Source of the DNA: Mytilus edulis
Lineage: Eukaryota
DNA length: 64,000 nucleotides
Reading direction: 5' to 3'
NCBI RefSeq assembly: GCF_963676685.1
Contig: NC_092351.1
Coordinates: 41,416,001 to 41,480,000 of the forward strand
Made by a program: the position numbers and the translations under genes. The notes beneath the pieces were generated by a model that had not been told where the DNA came from, ran no database searches, and was given only the letters and a program-made list of their open reading frames with translations. Positions 39,143 to 52,784 of this stretch are shown one piece after another. The stretch's first letter is position 1, and every line of letters begins with the position of its first letter.

Positions 39143-41111
39143 CACGGCCGACACTCGGCTAACCGTGAGATTGGTCGGTTAATTTATATTGAGTATGCGG
39201 CTATATTGGCGATTGGTCTGTTAATCGGGTTGGTTATACGCCTGTTAAGAGTAAAACGCTTAATTTAATGTTAAACTCTATTAAGTATACAGATTTTTGG
39301 CATGCTAGAAGAACCAAATCAAAAAAAGAAAAGTGTCTGACAAAATGATATCTATCATAGAACATTTTGCACTTGTAGAAACATTTCGTAGTCTAGGCAG
39401 TTTTCAGTAAAACTAAAAGGCGTCGCGCAAGTATGTAGTATTTATGCTTATACGCATAGCAATTTTCTTTTTATTAAAAGCCGAAACAAACAAATTTAGA
39501 TATCATTTAAAGGACAAAGAATAGTACTGTGGTTCTAAAAAATAAATTGACATTAGTTAATATTTCATAATTGTAAAATAACGTGAATAATACCACGTTT
39601 TAGTGAAAATTATGGGAATAAAGTCTGTTAATGGGTTGGACAATTGAAATTGTGTCAGTTAAGAATTATTTAGCCACGACAATAATTTTGCTACCTTTAT
39701 ATTTTCCCCTTGAAAAATTTAAGAATTAAATGTTCCTGAGTAAACAAAAATGACAATACGGTGCCACAGTATCCTAGAAAGATACGTTTTCGCGTTTTCG
39801 ACTTCGCAATTTCACGTTTTCGCCATATAGAATATCTAAAGGCGAAAACGCTAAAGCGCTAAAACGCAAAATGGCATTAACCTGCCGCCATAGTTGTCCG
39901 CATGTAAACTTCTAGAATTTGTCACCAATTAGAGTACATCGCAATCCGTTACTGTTTCAACAACCATCGGTGTTTCATATGTGTATTTTTAAACAAGTAT
40001 TATTTTTCTCTGGTTTTTAGCAATGTATCATTCTCTACTGCCCTTATATATTAATATATATTCTGCATTTCCATCCAGATTCCCGTGCATACCATGAGGG
40101 TCCTGATTGGGGGTATTGTTTATTTCTGTATTCTTTAAATTGTTATGTCATTTTTTTCTACATTTTGTTTATCTTACTCATTATTCTTTCTTTATTTTTC
40201 ATATTTTGTCATCCCAATATATTTTACTTAGTAATACTGATGTTTAGTTACATTACGACGTTTATCTCTGATTTATATACTGGTTACCAACGTAGGTGAC
40301 AAATTTGTGTCATTCATGACAATTAAACAGAATCAACATGATATATGCGATCATTCTTGGATGAAATTAATATTACTTTAATATTACACTTTTTGAAACC
40401 ATTTTTATCAATTGTCAATTTCATGTGTTGTTTCCGTATATGTTATCTTTCATTGCTTATGTGTTGTTTTCGTATATTTTAGCCGCTCGTCTTCAGCCAA
40501 CTCATTTGATCCGATAACACCCCATATAGCAATAAAATTATAAAATTATATTTTTATTGCCATTCATAACTCTTAACAGACCAAAAAAACAGACCGGGTT
40601 TTATACATCCGACCCATTAACAGACCAGGTTTTAGATAAAGATTGATTTATGTCACCAACATACAGATTTTCGTGTAGATTTTTCACACAAAGATATCAA
40701 TATGATTAACAAACATAATGCCTGTCTTTTTTGATGTTCAAAATATTGAATGCAAGTAAATTTAACCAATGTGTCATTTTGTGTACATTTTATGTGTGTA
40801 AAATGTGTATAAATTTATTGATGAGTAACCCGCCTTTTCATTTTTTAGATCGTACATCGAAGCTAGAAAAATAATAATTACACCACTGAATTCAGTACAT
40901 TGAATTGTTTTGTTTGACATGAATACTTTTTATGATGAAAATACATTAAGAAAGTTATACAAAGAATCATGAAGAACTTTCAATGATTTTTCTCGATAAC
41001 ACCTGATTAACAGACTTTAGCCAACCCGATTAACAGACCAAACGCCGATATAGCCGCATACTCAATATAGATTAACCGACCAATCTCTCGGTTAGCCGAG
41101 TGTCGGCCGTG
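39143..41111. mobile_element. 1969-bp non-autonomous DNA transposon with CAC...GTG termini (Chapaev/CMC- or Transib-like)
   Basis: ~90-bp TIRs starting cacggccgacactcggctaaccg; flanked by tatat on both sides; no transposase ORF. Confidence 0.85.
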
Positions 41112-41489
41112 TATATTAAAATTTAATTCCAGTGGACAACAAAATAATTCGGGGGGATCTACGTCCTTTAGTCTCTGGTGGATAGATATTTCATTGGCCA
41201 TCACACCACATCTTCTAATTTTTATAAGGTGAAACTGTATATTTGTAATTATACATGATTGTTCGCTTTAATGATAGTCCAGAAAATGCATGAAGTATTT
41301 GCCACTGGATTTTAAGCAACCATTAATCAATAAGTCATTTCGAGGGTATATTTTTAATCCCTTTTACAAAGTATAGATCAAATTGATCACTTACAAAAAT
41401 TTAACGATTGATATTGCAGTATGATTGATTACTTGAGGGTGAAAAAGTTATACATTCCATGCATATTCAAGAATAAAACCAATTAGACA

Positions 41490-42030
41490 AAACTAAAATT
41501 GACAAATTGTTTCTTTGACCCTTTGGGGTGGTAAGCATGAAATGTGTGCCTCCGATGAACAAAAAGGATACTTTGAACTATGGATCTTATATTTGTACCA
41601 AAGATAACATACGGACTCCAGAAACACAAATAGACACCATTCTGGTAAGAATAAAAACAAATGGTACTATCAAAATAAAGTTCAAACGTTACGAAATGCG
41701 GAAAGTATTTTCTTTTACTAAAATCTAAAATTATTAGTAGTATTTCTTACCTATCCCTAAACCGGGAAGGATCAGATAAGCAATGTTCATCTTTTAGTTT
41801 ATATCTCCATAATTTTCCCCAAGTCATTATAGGAAGCAGGTTGTTGTACCATAGAATCGAGCGATTCTAAATTAATTTTGTAATATTTGTTATATGCACT
41901 GGATGCATATGAAAAAAAGTTATTGAATTACAATTACAACACTGAAATTAATTAAAGTTTTATAATAACAAAAGGAATTTGATAAACGGTATACCATATA
42001 CAGGTAACTTAAGGTGTGAATTTATTGCAA
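41490..42030 (-). repeat. Segmental duplicate of the first exon and upstream region of paralogue C (about 26590-27080)
   Basis: Colinear similarity, e.g. tatttcttacctatccc, aagtcatta.aggaagcag, tagaatcga.cgattct, ggatgcatatgaaa, acaacactgaaattaatt. Confidence 0.85.
41751..41790 (-). CDS. Intact duplicate signal-peptide exon (alternative or orphan first exon)
   Basis: ATG..MNIAYLILPGLGI G|gtaaga, same 40-nt length and phase as 26803-26842. Confidence 0.5.
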
Positions 42031-42961
42031 ACATCATATATAACACAGTAATAGTATCTATACTAAGTAATTTAACACACAACTTTGTGAACCAAAAAAT
42101 ATACTTCCGGCAACAATAGTAATAAATATCTGTTAACTTTCAAGAACATTCCAAATGTTAAATATCATATTATGAATACCCGTCATAAACCGACACTCGC
42201 CGCCCAGGAAAAACTAATTTATATAGTTTGGAAACCTGCACACGGAGCAATGCAATAACCGTTTCTGTGTAATGATGCCGTACTCCATCATGATCATGAT
42301 TATATGAAAAAAAACATTTTTTTATGCAAAAAAAGAAGTTTTAACTGTACGATGTCTACGGCTAAAAATGACCACCTAGACAATTTTTTCACGAACCCGC
42401 GAAAAACAAATTAACATAAAAAAAAACATTAGGTCACCTGACCTATCAAATCATACATCAATGACCAATACAAGATATTAAAGAAACTTTAAGATAGTTT
42501 TTTTCCGCTATACTGCGAAACGCTGAAAAAATATATTTATCATTGGCACTCATATCACATGTTCTTATTTAAAGTTAGGACCCGGATAGGGAAATGACCT
42601 ACAATAAGTCTTACCACGATTATGAAGATAATATACGGCATGCATTGTAATGTTTATACAACTGAATGCCAGATAGTTTAAGTAAATGTTAAAACTATAA
42701 AAACCAATGCATTGGCCCAGAGAAGTTTATAACAACAATAAATAGGAGAAATACAATACATATGTCTTCCTTTATTCAGTTAATGAAGGTTAGAAATAAT
42801 CGCGACTTTTACACCATTTAGATAAATTAACACGAATTAACGTGAGGCGTTCAAATAACCACTCAGAGGCATAAAACTACAATAAATCTTTTAATAAAAA
42901 AAAAAGAAAATAACAAAACAAAACATTGATCAGTTTTAATCCTAGACACACATCAAAATAT

Positions 42962-43289
42962 TCAAGAAAGTTCGATATAAGTTTGTGGAATTGAAGTTGC
43001 ATTGTCCATCTGTTCTGCAATTATTGTCTCATATTTTGATGTGTTATGTTGAACTTCTTCAGCTTCATGTGTATTGTCATCGGAATCTGACATCACCTTT
43101 AAGTATGTTCTGTCTGTTGTGCTCTCATAACTACTGGAAGAAGACTGGTCAAGTCTATGTACAACGGGGTCACTGTGTAGACTGTCAATATCGTCAATAT
43201 CCTCATATAATGCATCGTTTGATATTGCTGCGTTCATATGAACTGGCATAACATTTTGGTTCCCAGGCCTGCGTACAAAGAATGTTGAA
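42962..43289 (-). CDS. IgSF receptor last exon: cytoplasmic tail with Tyr motifs
   Basis: tcaatag acceptor, phase 2. Contains ALYEDI, SSYEST, RTYLKV, SKYETI and QTYIELS*. Confidence 0.85.
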
Positions 43290-44344
43290 CTATTGAAAGA
43301 ACATTTGACATACTTTTAGATATGTGTACGCAATGCAAAGAAAAAAATCAATGCACAAGTACGAGTTCCTGACAAAAAGAATTCGATGAATGTCATCAAT
43401 CTGAGAACAAATATATTTTGCAATCCCTATCCAATGTGAAGCTATCGATAGTGTATGGACACTTAAAACTGTTTTTGAAGTAAGTGTATTTTATCAAACA
43501 GTATGTACTAATTCATTAAACAAAACATATAACTTTGTCATTTTCAAGTGTATTTGGTTACATAGTTTCATCTTTATATCTCGTAACACAACTATGTTTC
43601 CGAACTTTTGGCTTAGTGTGTCTTTTAAAGTTTTCAGCGAGAAAATAATCGACTATAGCTAATTCTGAACACTTTACTTTATTTAAGGTAAGCGGGTATG
43701 CCATTTCTTGAAAACAGGAGTTCGAGTGCAAGGTTCTTGAAATAATCAGTGTTTCCTGTTTTTATATAGATAAGACCTTTCGTTTTTCCGTTCGAATAGT
43801 TTAAAACTAATCATTTTAGAGCCCTTTGTAGCTTGCTGTTCAGTGTGAGCCAAAGCTCCGTGTTGAAGACCGTACGTTGACCTGAAATGGTTTACTTTTA
43901 CAAATTGCGACTTGCATGGTTGAAGCATGCTCTCATTTGCACTCATACCACATCTTCGTTTATCTATATTCTACATTTTCTATGCCATCGGGATTTTTTT
44001 TAACTGTTGAGAAGCGGTATATGATTTTTTCGAACCATCCATTTAATTTCAATATTTCGAGGGGGATATAAATGTGTTTTTTTCCGTCAGCATATTCCTT
44101 ACTTTTTTTTATTATTGTTTTCATTGTAATTTTTAGAATACACCAATACATGGTTTTCTTTATTATTCAACCTATTCAAACTTTTTTTTCTTTTTTTCCT
44201 TCAAATTTATTCATAATTAAAACTGCCACTATGTAAACTGTATGCTTCGATGTTACGGTAACAACTTAAAAAGTTACTCTAGACTATATGCATCAAAGTC
44301 ATTTTGGAAATATAAGTAGCACAATCGAATTGAAAAAAAAGTGG

Positions 44345-44515
44345 AATCACAAAAATACTGAACTCAGAGGAAAATTCACAACGGAACGTCCCTAATCAAA
44401 TGGCAAAGTCAAATGATAAAACACTTCAAACGAATGAACACCAACTGTAATATTCATGACTTGTTACAGGCATTCTCAAATGTTGAAAATGGTGGAAAGA
44501 ACCTGGTTTTATAGC
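44345..44515 (+). repeat. High-copy interspersed repeat (aaaatactgaactc.gaggaaaattcaa family)
   Basis: Related copies at about 4150-4360, 7965-8080, 47700-47900 (-), 54060-54300, 57280-57535 (-) and 58490-58720 (-). Confidence 0.65.
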
Positions 44516-44630
44516 GCGAAATGTAGAATTAACGTTAACTTTGTAAGTTAAACATACTTTTTTGAAAGCCATTAAAATACCCGATTGATTCTACGTTACA
44601 ATGTCCAAGATGTATATGATTAAGATTTAC

Positions 44631-44670
44631 CTTGAGTGTCCTATAGTCTGACTACCTCTTGTGTCGACAC
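44631..44670 (-). CDS. IgSF receptor small cytoplasmic exon
   Basis: ttttag..AG|gtaaat, 40 nt; converts phase 1 to phase 2 as needed to join the flanking exons (GVDTRGSQTIGHS). Confidence 0.7.
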
Positions 44671-45399
44671 CTAAAATTCGTCAATTTTTATGTGTAACTA
44701 TTTCATAAATTGTCAATCCATTAGTAATATGTTGTTATTGGGGAAGATATATAACAACACTTTACAAAGAATTACATTTTTCCTACCAAAATACAATAAC
44801 TGTTCGTGAACGATTTTATAGAAAAACAACGAACATCAACCATAGTAGGTATAGTGAGAAAACATGTGATAAATTCAATTACCTGTTATATATCGTAATA
44901 ATAATATAGTCTTTTACATGAATACCAATCTATTTTTGAATTCTATACATGTTAAGAGCAACAAAGAAGCACCATTTCCTTGTATTTAACCATAACATTC
45001 AGTTTTTGATATTTTCCGGGGTTTCATTTTAAGCAACAGTGATTGAAACCATTCGGGTTTTCGAAAAGATGATCGGTTATTAATGAATTTCTAATTAAAA
45101 AAAAAGGTATTTTTGACTTTGAAAAAGGTGTTTCTGGTTTATAACTGTAATTAAGTGAAGAACAATGTCATATATTCCCAATAAATCACCAAAACATATG
45201 AAATAGTTAAACAGTGAGGAAGAGGTGTGTCTGAATAAGAAATCCTGACGGATGGAGGCCGGATGAGGTTTCTCATCAAGACACAATGTATCCCGAAGTG
45301 TGTAAATATCGTACAACCGATGCTGAACCCTTTAATTGTTTCTGTTGAAATTTAAATGAAAAAGTATGGATAAAATCTTTATTCAAACATTGACAAGTG

Positions 45400-45750
45400 A
45401 GTAGAAGGGGGGCGAACGATACCAGATTGACAATCAAACTCATATATCGAAAACACACTGACAAAGCCTTGGCCAACAAAGGAAATGATAAACAGACAAA
45501 TTATAGAACACAAGACATAACATAGAAAATAAAGTCTAAGCAACACAAACCCTACCAAAAACTTGGGATAATATCAGGTGCGCGGGAAGGATAAGCAGAT
45601 CCTGCTCCACATGTGGCACTCGTCGTGTTGCTCAAACTCGGTAAATAGTCTAATTCGGAAGGTCACATTCGTGAAAAGGGAAGGTGATTGTATTTATAAC
45701 ATTAGGAGCATATCCAATATCACCTTGAAACGGTTATTCCATAACGGAAA
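45400..45750 (-). mobile_element. 3' end of a Penelope-like retroelement family
   Basis: Minus strand RYGITVS remnant plus gagcaacacgac..gtggagcaggatctgctt..; related copies at about 1100-1400 (-) and 48880-49230 (+, YRRHHDLVNRIGISV). Confidence 0.5.
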
Positions 45751-45901
45751 AGATGTTACAAAAGTCGAAGTTGACGTTTTGCATATTCTCATTAAATGCA
45801 TGTGCTTATATGGATCAGAAGGTCAAGGTTGACCGTATCGTGCATATGTTTTACCAAAACAATACATCATACTTATGGTATGCAGTTGTCAATATGGACA
45901 T

Positions 45902-46049
45902 AGACAATAATAGTGCATTGACTTGACATATCAACGATATAAGGATGAGGCTTAGAAACGGGGAAATGCGAGGCTGTGCCGAGCTATTTCCCCGTTTCGG
46001 GCCGAATCCTTATATCGTTGATATGTCGAGTCAATGCACTATATTGTCT
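45902..46049. repeat. Long hairpin of a non-autonomous element (which probably extends to about 46535)
   Basis: atagtgcattgacttgacatatcaacgatataaggat..gaaacggggaaat / atttccccgtttc..atccttatatcgttgatatgtcgagtcaatgcactat; loop cgaggctgtgccgag. Confidence 0.75.
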
Positions 46050-46687
46050 TTATACTGCAATCTAAAAAAAAATATTTTCAATTGTTGTTTAATGCGTTAG
46101 GGTTATTTATTTGATTTAAATATTGGGGGAAATACCCTTTAAAAATGCCTCACAACATGCCCGCGGAAAAATATACAGCACAATGAAATTTGCATTTACC
46201 TGTTGAAAACCAACACTCGATGGTCAACGAAATCGTTTGAGTATGGACTTAAATATCAACCATATGCATAAAACATAATGATTTATAATATTAACAAATT
46301 AAATATGTTTTTCCAATAATTGCAAATGAAACAATGTTGAGTCGTTCCACGCATCGTTTCATGCATTTGAAACAAGAACAGGTTGAAGAGGTTGTATGAA
46401 TAATTCAATATTATTTCGGCAATTTCTATTTAAAGATTCATGAGGAAAAGTGATATCGGGTCAGTGTCTGTATATGACATAGAAATATACAGTCAGCGCA
46501 TTTTGACTGCTCAAATAGAACGAGTGCAGTATAAAGGTGTATATAAAACTGACAACATTTTGGGTCATTCGTTGGATTTGGCAGAAAAGACTGAAGATAA
46601 CCAAGGGTACTAAAATGCGTAATAAAAGACACTTCTTTCATTCAAACTATTTCTTACCTGAAATATTGATATTAGTTCAACATTTAC

Positions 46688-46789
46688 CTTTCTTACATCT
46701 GTAGAACATAATGGTGAGACCAATTATAATAAAAAGTAACACACTGCCTAAACTGGAATAAACATATGCGTGTCTATTCTTCTCATTGT
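46688..46789 (-). CDS. IgSF receptor transmembrane exon
   Basis: cttttag acceptor, AAA G|gtaaat donor. Encodes AYVYSSLGSVLLFIIIGLTIMFY-RCKK. Confidence 0.85.
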
Positions 46790-48237
46790 CTAAAAGTAAA
46801 CAAACAATTTGTAAATACAACGAAAAACCGGCAGAAGATGTTAACTAAGCAAACTAGTGAGGGGAAAGAGGGAATCCCTTTTCATTATTAAATTATTATC
46901 GTCTAGTACTTTAATTCGATGACAGCCGTTTTAGTTTGTATTGATCTTATCTACGCGTACGAGACCTCTCATTAGTACTTCGGCACCTGCACAGCGCAAA
47001 TGTGAGGAATATAAATGATGAAAAAAAGAAACAATTACTTAAAAGTAAAATATATAAAGATGTAGTATTAACTGATTCTAAAAGAGAAAAAAACTTGATT
47101 GTTAACAAAAATTACGATCAGTTAACTTTGGCGATGAAATCCAAAAGTAAATTTAAAATACGCAAATGTCTCTGTAAACATACTTTTTTGTCGATTACAT
47201 ATACTTATGAATACATAACAAATGTTCAAACAATTGTGAACAATTGACTCATTTTAGAGTATGATAGTCATGCATTCTTAGTTCAATAATTTCTTGTACA
47301 TTATAGTTTCATGGACTCGTTTCATATGATTTAAAATATTGGAGCCACGGATGTTTAAGTAGTTCCTTAATTTGAAGAGGATTTTAGTAAGGCAATAAAA
47401 TACCTCGATTATATTTTACGTAACATTTTAAATTATTTATAATTCAAGCTTTACGAGTAAACTTTTTTTTAAATTCTAATGGAAGCAATAACGTAAAAAC
47501 AAACAAACAAATATCAACTGAGCAAAAGCATAGCTAAAATGATCAGTTTATCATTAGTACTCTTTTTTGTTGTTGTTCACAACGTAAACAGATTAACGGT
47601 ATCAAGTCAATATCTTTTCAGGGATGCTCAAGACCAATACATTTAAAAACCAAAAATCTAATACAAACGTTGAAGAGCTGCTTATAATACATTAACAACA
47701 GACAAGGATAAGAAACATAATTTAACTTTGCTTTCGTGAGACATATTCCTGATTTAAAATTATACAATATGAATTTACAACACTTATACCAAGTCAGCAA
47801 TATGACAGCTGCTTTCCACGCGTTTGATTTATCCATTTGGTTATGTACTTTCCTCTTGGAATTGTCCTAGGAGTTGAGTATTTTTGCCATTTTACTTTTT
47901 TGATAGTGTTTATTCTTATCTTTTTTCTTCTGAAACTTTCATTCTGATCAAAATACATAACCAGCGCCCTGTATTTGCTTTAAATGCTATACCAACGCCC
48001 TGTTTTAGTTTGTTTTAATAAAACAATAAACGTTTGGGATACTAAGGTTCTGTCGTTATGATGCTTGCGTTTAAAATGTAAATTCAGCAATTCTGGATAC
48101 TGGAACGTAAACAGAACAATGGCCACTGAGTTTGTATTTTCACCCGATTTACAAAATAGGGACTTTTTACGTGCACTATATACTTTTTCGTTGTTATCAA
48201 AATCAAATATAATAATACAAGTGACTATTTTACTCAC

Positions 48238-48597
48238 GATATGTTGTCACATTTGTAGTACTAGTTGGACGTATATAATATACTTGGTCATCAAAGGATG
48301 CATCAAGGTATCCAAAAGTGTTTTTGATTTGACAGCTAAATAGCATAAAATCATATTCTTTCGACAGATTTATGCAAAAGAATGTTCTGTATCCACTGGC
48401 TTTAACGGATTTGTCATAAAAAATCAGGCTAACTTCTACTGCTTGCACTGTTTGGTTGTCGGCAATTGCCGATAGCATTATTTTATTGTTGTACATCCAT
48501 GAAACATGATAAGCTCTCGGTTCAGAATAAAACATTACTTGCAGTATTAGTTGTTTGTCATATTCCCTAACTGTTTTGGACGCCAGTATCGGGGGAC
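48238..48597 (-). CDS. IgSF receptor Ig-like exon (5th in window)
   Basis: 360 nt, phase 1-1. PPILASK..FYSEP..VSWMY..FSCQIKNTFG, followed by a Thr-rich stalk. Confidence 0.85.
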
Positions 48598-50444
48598 CTG
48601 TTGAGAGAAAATTATGCTGTAACAACTTTAGTTTCGACAAACATATATACAGAAGATTATGAACAAAACCATAAAATTGAGAATGGAAATGGGGAATGTG
48701 TCAAAGAGACAACAACCCGACCAAATAAAAAAACAACAGCAGAGGGTCACCAACAGGTCTTCAATGTAGCGACCATGGATCTATTGAGACATTGGTTCCC
48801 ATATCAGATATCATAGCGAACACCTATGAAAGTGGATTTTATAGACAATACACTAAGGTTCAAAGTACATTGATGTAATTCCTTCTTATGTTTACCGGCG
48901 ACACCATGATTTAGTTAACCGAATTGGAATATCTGTGGTACAGACTTTCACAAATCTGGTACACGCGACATAGTTACAATTTTTTCATTTTTTCTTCGAT
49001 TATGAAATGACTGAATGCAACTTATACCCGGTTGTGATATGTGTAATACGACAGGACCCTAAGTGGAGCAGCTACTGCTTGCTCTTAGTCACATTTTTTT
49101 ACTCATATTCGATGTTCTTATTAACGTTTATACGTATAAAGGGTTTTATGGAGTTTTGTTCATCTTTTCGTTGTAGTTTAGTCATGGTGTTTACCTTTCT
49201 TCGACTTATGGTTTTGATTTTCTTTTGATATCTTTCATCGTTTTACGTCCTCTCTGCACGGTTCAAATATAACTAAATGTAAATCAATTCACAACAAAAC
49301 AAAATGAAGACATGAGAGCGCTAACTATGCAATTGTTGATATTGATTATATTTCAAAGGCCTGAGATATAATTCCTTCAAACATAATCTATCGGAACAAA
49401 TTTTCAAATCTTATATTGCAATTTTTTTTATATATTTTATAATTTCAAGGGAAAACTTCTTTAACATGATTAATCGATGAATTCATACTCGTTCAAAACT
49501 GGTAATATGAACCTTATGGGATGCAATTTTTACAATAAAAAACTGTCAAGAATGGTACTTTTGAGGTCGCTTAATATGTATACTAGTATGTGTCGGGAAA
49601 TATTGACACTGCTATTTATATGTCACTGCGCACGTTCCAGTGCAAATGGCGGACAGATATATAAAATGCGGGTCAGTTAGAATATTATCTTTTCATCCAA
49701 TAATACAGTAATACATGTTGTATAATTGCCAAATAGACAACTTTCCTACAAACCCAAAATGAAGTTTGTATGACTAACAAACTTTAGGTCAACGTACGGC
49801 TTTCATCAATGAGCAAAATCTTAACCGTCATTTTTACACAGCTATAATGGGCCTGGGTAGCCCCTTCAGTCTTATTGAATCTACTTCTAACTACAATATA
49901 CCATTACCACAAGGGTTTCTTATATTTCTATTTAGAAAACCGAGGTTTGGATGAGTTATCCTCTCTTCGTATATGTTGTTGTTTTGCAATATTAAAAGTT
50001 TAGATTTTATTTTCTACGCTCTGTCGCATACTGGCCTATTTAATATTTGACATATTTGTTTTGTTTGATATCTCAACTTTAATTTGGTTTTCCATTCGGT
50101 TTCCAATTGTTCTTCTTATGTCACCCACTTAACTCGACTTTAATGGCTTCAATATAAACACCCCAAAAATATATGAAAATATATAAATGTCAGGGAAATT
50201 TTAAAAATGATAAGTAGCTTTCCAAAACAAAATATTAAGATTGATCAAATAGGAAGGGGGCAAAAACGGGAGGTTATCGTACCTTGCTCCTGAAATCTAC
50301 TCTACACAAAATATATGTCGCGTTTGAACTGTCGTCTGGCTATATCTGTATAATTTTTATTCACTATTTGTTTCTTATTGGAAATTATAGCATTCGTAAC
50401 TGAGTATGAATTCGCATAGAGAGTTACGTATTCGCTGTATGATA

Positions 50445-50625
50445 CTGTATATTCAGAAATTATTGCGTGCATTTATTATTGCGATTTTGTAATTTTGTAA
50501 TTTTAAGAAAAATCCTGTTCAATTCATATAAAACATTTCAAAATCCGAGTTTAAATTATTGCGTTTACAACTCTGTCGCATTTTTCGCAATAATAAAAAC
50601 CTCGCAATAATTTCTGAATTTACAG
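50445..50625. mobile_element. Tc1/mariner-type MITE
   Basis: TIRs ctgtatattcagaaattattgcg / cgcaataatttctgaatttacag with TA on both flanks. Confidence 0.8.
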
Positions 50626-51021
50626 TAGACTTTCCCTGTCGATTGAAAAGGTGTCGCTCCGTTTTTTGAGTTAATGCAAATGCAGGTCTTGTGTTTATCT
50701 TGATTGATATATTCTTTGTATATTTTCGACATATAAGCATCGGTTAATTTTTGCCTTTTCGAGTTCTGTTTTATCCTTAATTTTCAGAATATAAACTGCA
50801 ATTTAGGCTTGCTATATCAATTATGCACATGCGATAAATTGTCTAAATCCTAATTTCCAGTTCCGATTTTAATCACTATATTAGTTTATTTTTTTGTCTC
50901 AGATACTCTGTATATTAAGTACAGAAACACATCATATAAATGTACAGATTCATGGAGTCAAGACTTGTTGATATTGGCTATGAATTCAGCGTTAAAAAGA
51001 AGTAAGATGTAATTAACTTAC

Positions 51022-51300
51022 TATGAACAATCAGAGAAGATGATTCTGTATAAAATACAGTCCCCGATTCCCATTTACACATGTAAGTGCCAGCATCTCT
51101 GTAATCGCAGTATGTAATTGTCATCAGTGACAAATTGTCTTTAATTTTTCCAGTCATTGTTCTAATTACACTTCCTTTGTATATATGAACCCATTCATTT
51201 CGTAGCTCTGTTGTGTTCTTGCTAGTAATATTGCACGTAAAAATGGTTCTCTTAGATGTGTTACAAATGGTGCTCACAGGATAAACCTGGACAATAAAAC
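51022..51300 (-). CDS. IgSF receptor Ig exon (4th)
   Basis: cttgcag acceptor, gtaagt donor, 279 nt. FTCNI..EWVH..DAGTYMCKW. Confidence 0.88.
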
Positions 51301-52156
51301 CTGCAAGTACTTATGCTTTATAATGTATCTTCAATTTGTGTATTCCAATTTTGTTAAGGAAATAAGACTTCACATCGTCATTTGCTTATATATTGATGAA
51401 TATTGTTCACAGTTGATGCATTCTACCCCATAAATTAAATACCCTAGGTTTATTAAGCAAACACTTTCAGAATATTGAATCCTTAAATATAAGGATCAAC
51501 ATCGTTTTTTAACTTGAATTTGAAAAATTATGATTAGGGCGTCAGCTCTGAGTCTTATGAAGATGAAACGCATTTCTTGTGTACGAAATTCCAAGCCTAT
51601 AAATAATGAGTTTATTTGTTTTGAAACGCCATGAAGAGTACATAAAGATGCAATTTTATCTAAATGCAAATATTAATCTGCCGAAAAAATATCATGCCGC
51701 CCTACAATCTAGCTACTACTCGGCTATTATTACTGCTATCCGTTTCTTCTAAAACGTGAATGCTTGATGATAAATAAAGTCAAAAATAATAAAGAAAGAT
51801 AAAGTTGCATATAAGGAAATAATCAAGAAACAGCATTTATAACTAATAGAAGTAACAAAAACAAAAAAATACACAATCGAATTGTAAGTACTAAACAGAT
51901 AATTTTACATGATGCAAATAGATAACACTGAAAACTTTTCATTTACAGTTGAAATTATATGTAGTTAGGTAGAAAGCAATGACAAACATGACAAAAGAAA
52001 ATAGAATTTTCAGCCAACAGAATAAAAACCAACAACATAACAGTCAAACATGATCGACGAGAAAAGGATTTGTGGTTTTTTAGTGAAAGAAACATCAAAT
52101 CGAATATATAATAATCTAAACGCTTCTATAAATAATTTTGTAAAATCTTGTCCTAT

Positions 52157-52705
52157 AAAATTGAGAATGGAAATGGGGAATGTGTCAAAGAGACAACAAC
52201 CCGACCATAGAAAAAAACAACAGCAGAAGGTCACCAACAGGTCTTCAATGTAGCGAAAAATTCCTGCACCCGGAGACGTCCTTCAGCTGGCCCCTAAACA
52301 AATATATGCTAGTTCAGTTATACTGAACGCCATACTAATTTCCAAACTGTATACAAGAAACTAAAATTAAAATAATACAAGACTAACAACGGCCAGAGGC
52401 TCCTGACTTGGGACAGGCGCAAAAATGCGACGGGGTTAAACATGTTTATGAGATCTCAACCCTCCCCCTATACCTCTAGCCAATGTAGAAAAGTAAACGC
52501 ATAACAATACGCACATTTAAAATTCAGTTCAAGAGAAGTCCGAGTCTGATGTCAGAAGATATAACCAAAGAAAATAATCAAAATGACAATAATACATAAA
52601 TTACAACAGACTACTAGCAGTTAACTGACATGCCAGCTCCAGACTTCAATTAAACTGATTGAAAGATTATGATTTCATCATATGAATATCAGGCACAATC
52701 CTTCT
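52157..52705 (+). repeat. High-copy interspersed repeat (aaaattgagaatggaaatggggaatgtgtc family)
   Basis: Near-identical start at 48672-48770; inverted partial copies at about 3540-3650 and 3770-3830. Confidence 0.75.
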
Positions 52706-52784
52706 ATAACATGCATCATCAACGGTGTCAAATGATACCCAATGGCCATGATAAAAACAACACTAAACATTAGGCAAAACTTAC

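Noticed and set aside
39143-39185. RSS-like heptamer/nonamer of a RAG transposon
   Set aside because: Only CAC matches; there is no A-rich nonamer at the expected spacing and no RAG1/2-like ORF.
51022-51286. Alternative acceptor at 51287 for the 4th Ig exon
   Set aside because: It is out of frame and leads to a stop; the acceptor at 51301 keeps the frame.
52220-52295. GC-rich structured segment as an HDV-like ribozyme or tRNA-derived SINE head
   Set aside because: I could not build the nested double pseudoknot or find convincing A/B boxes by eye.
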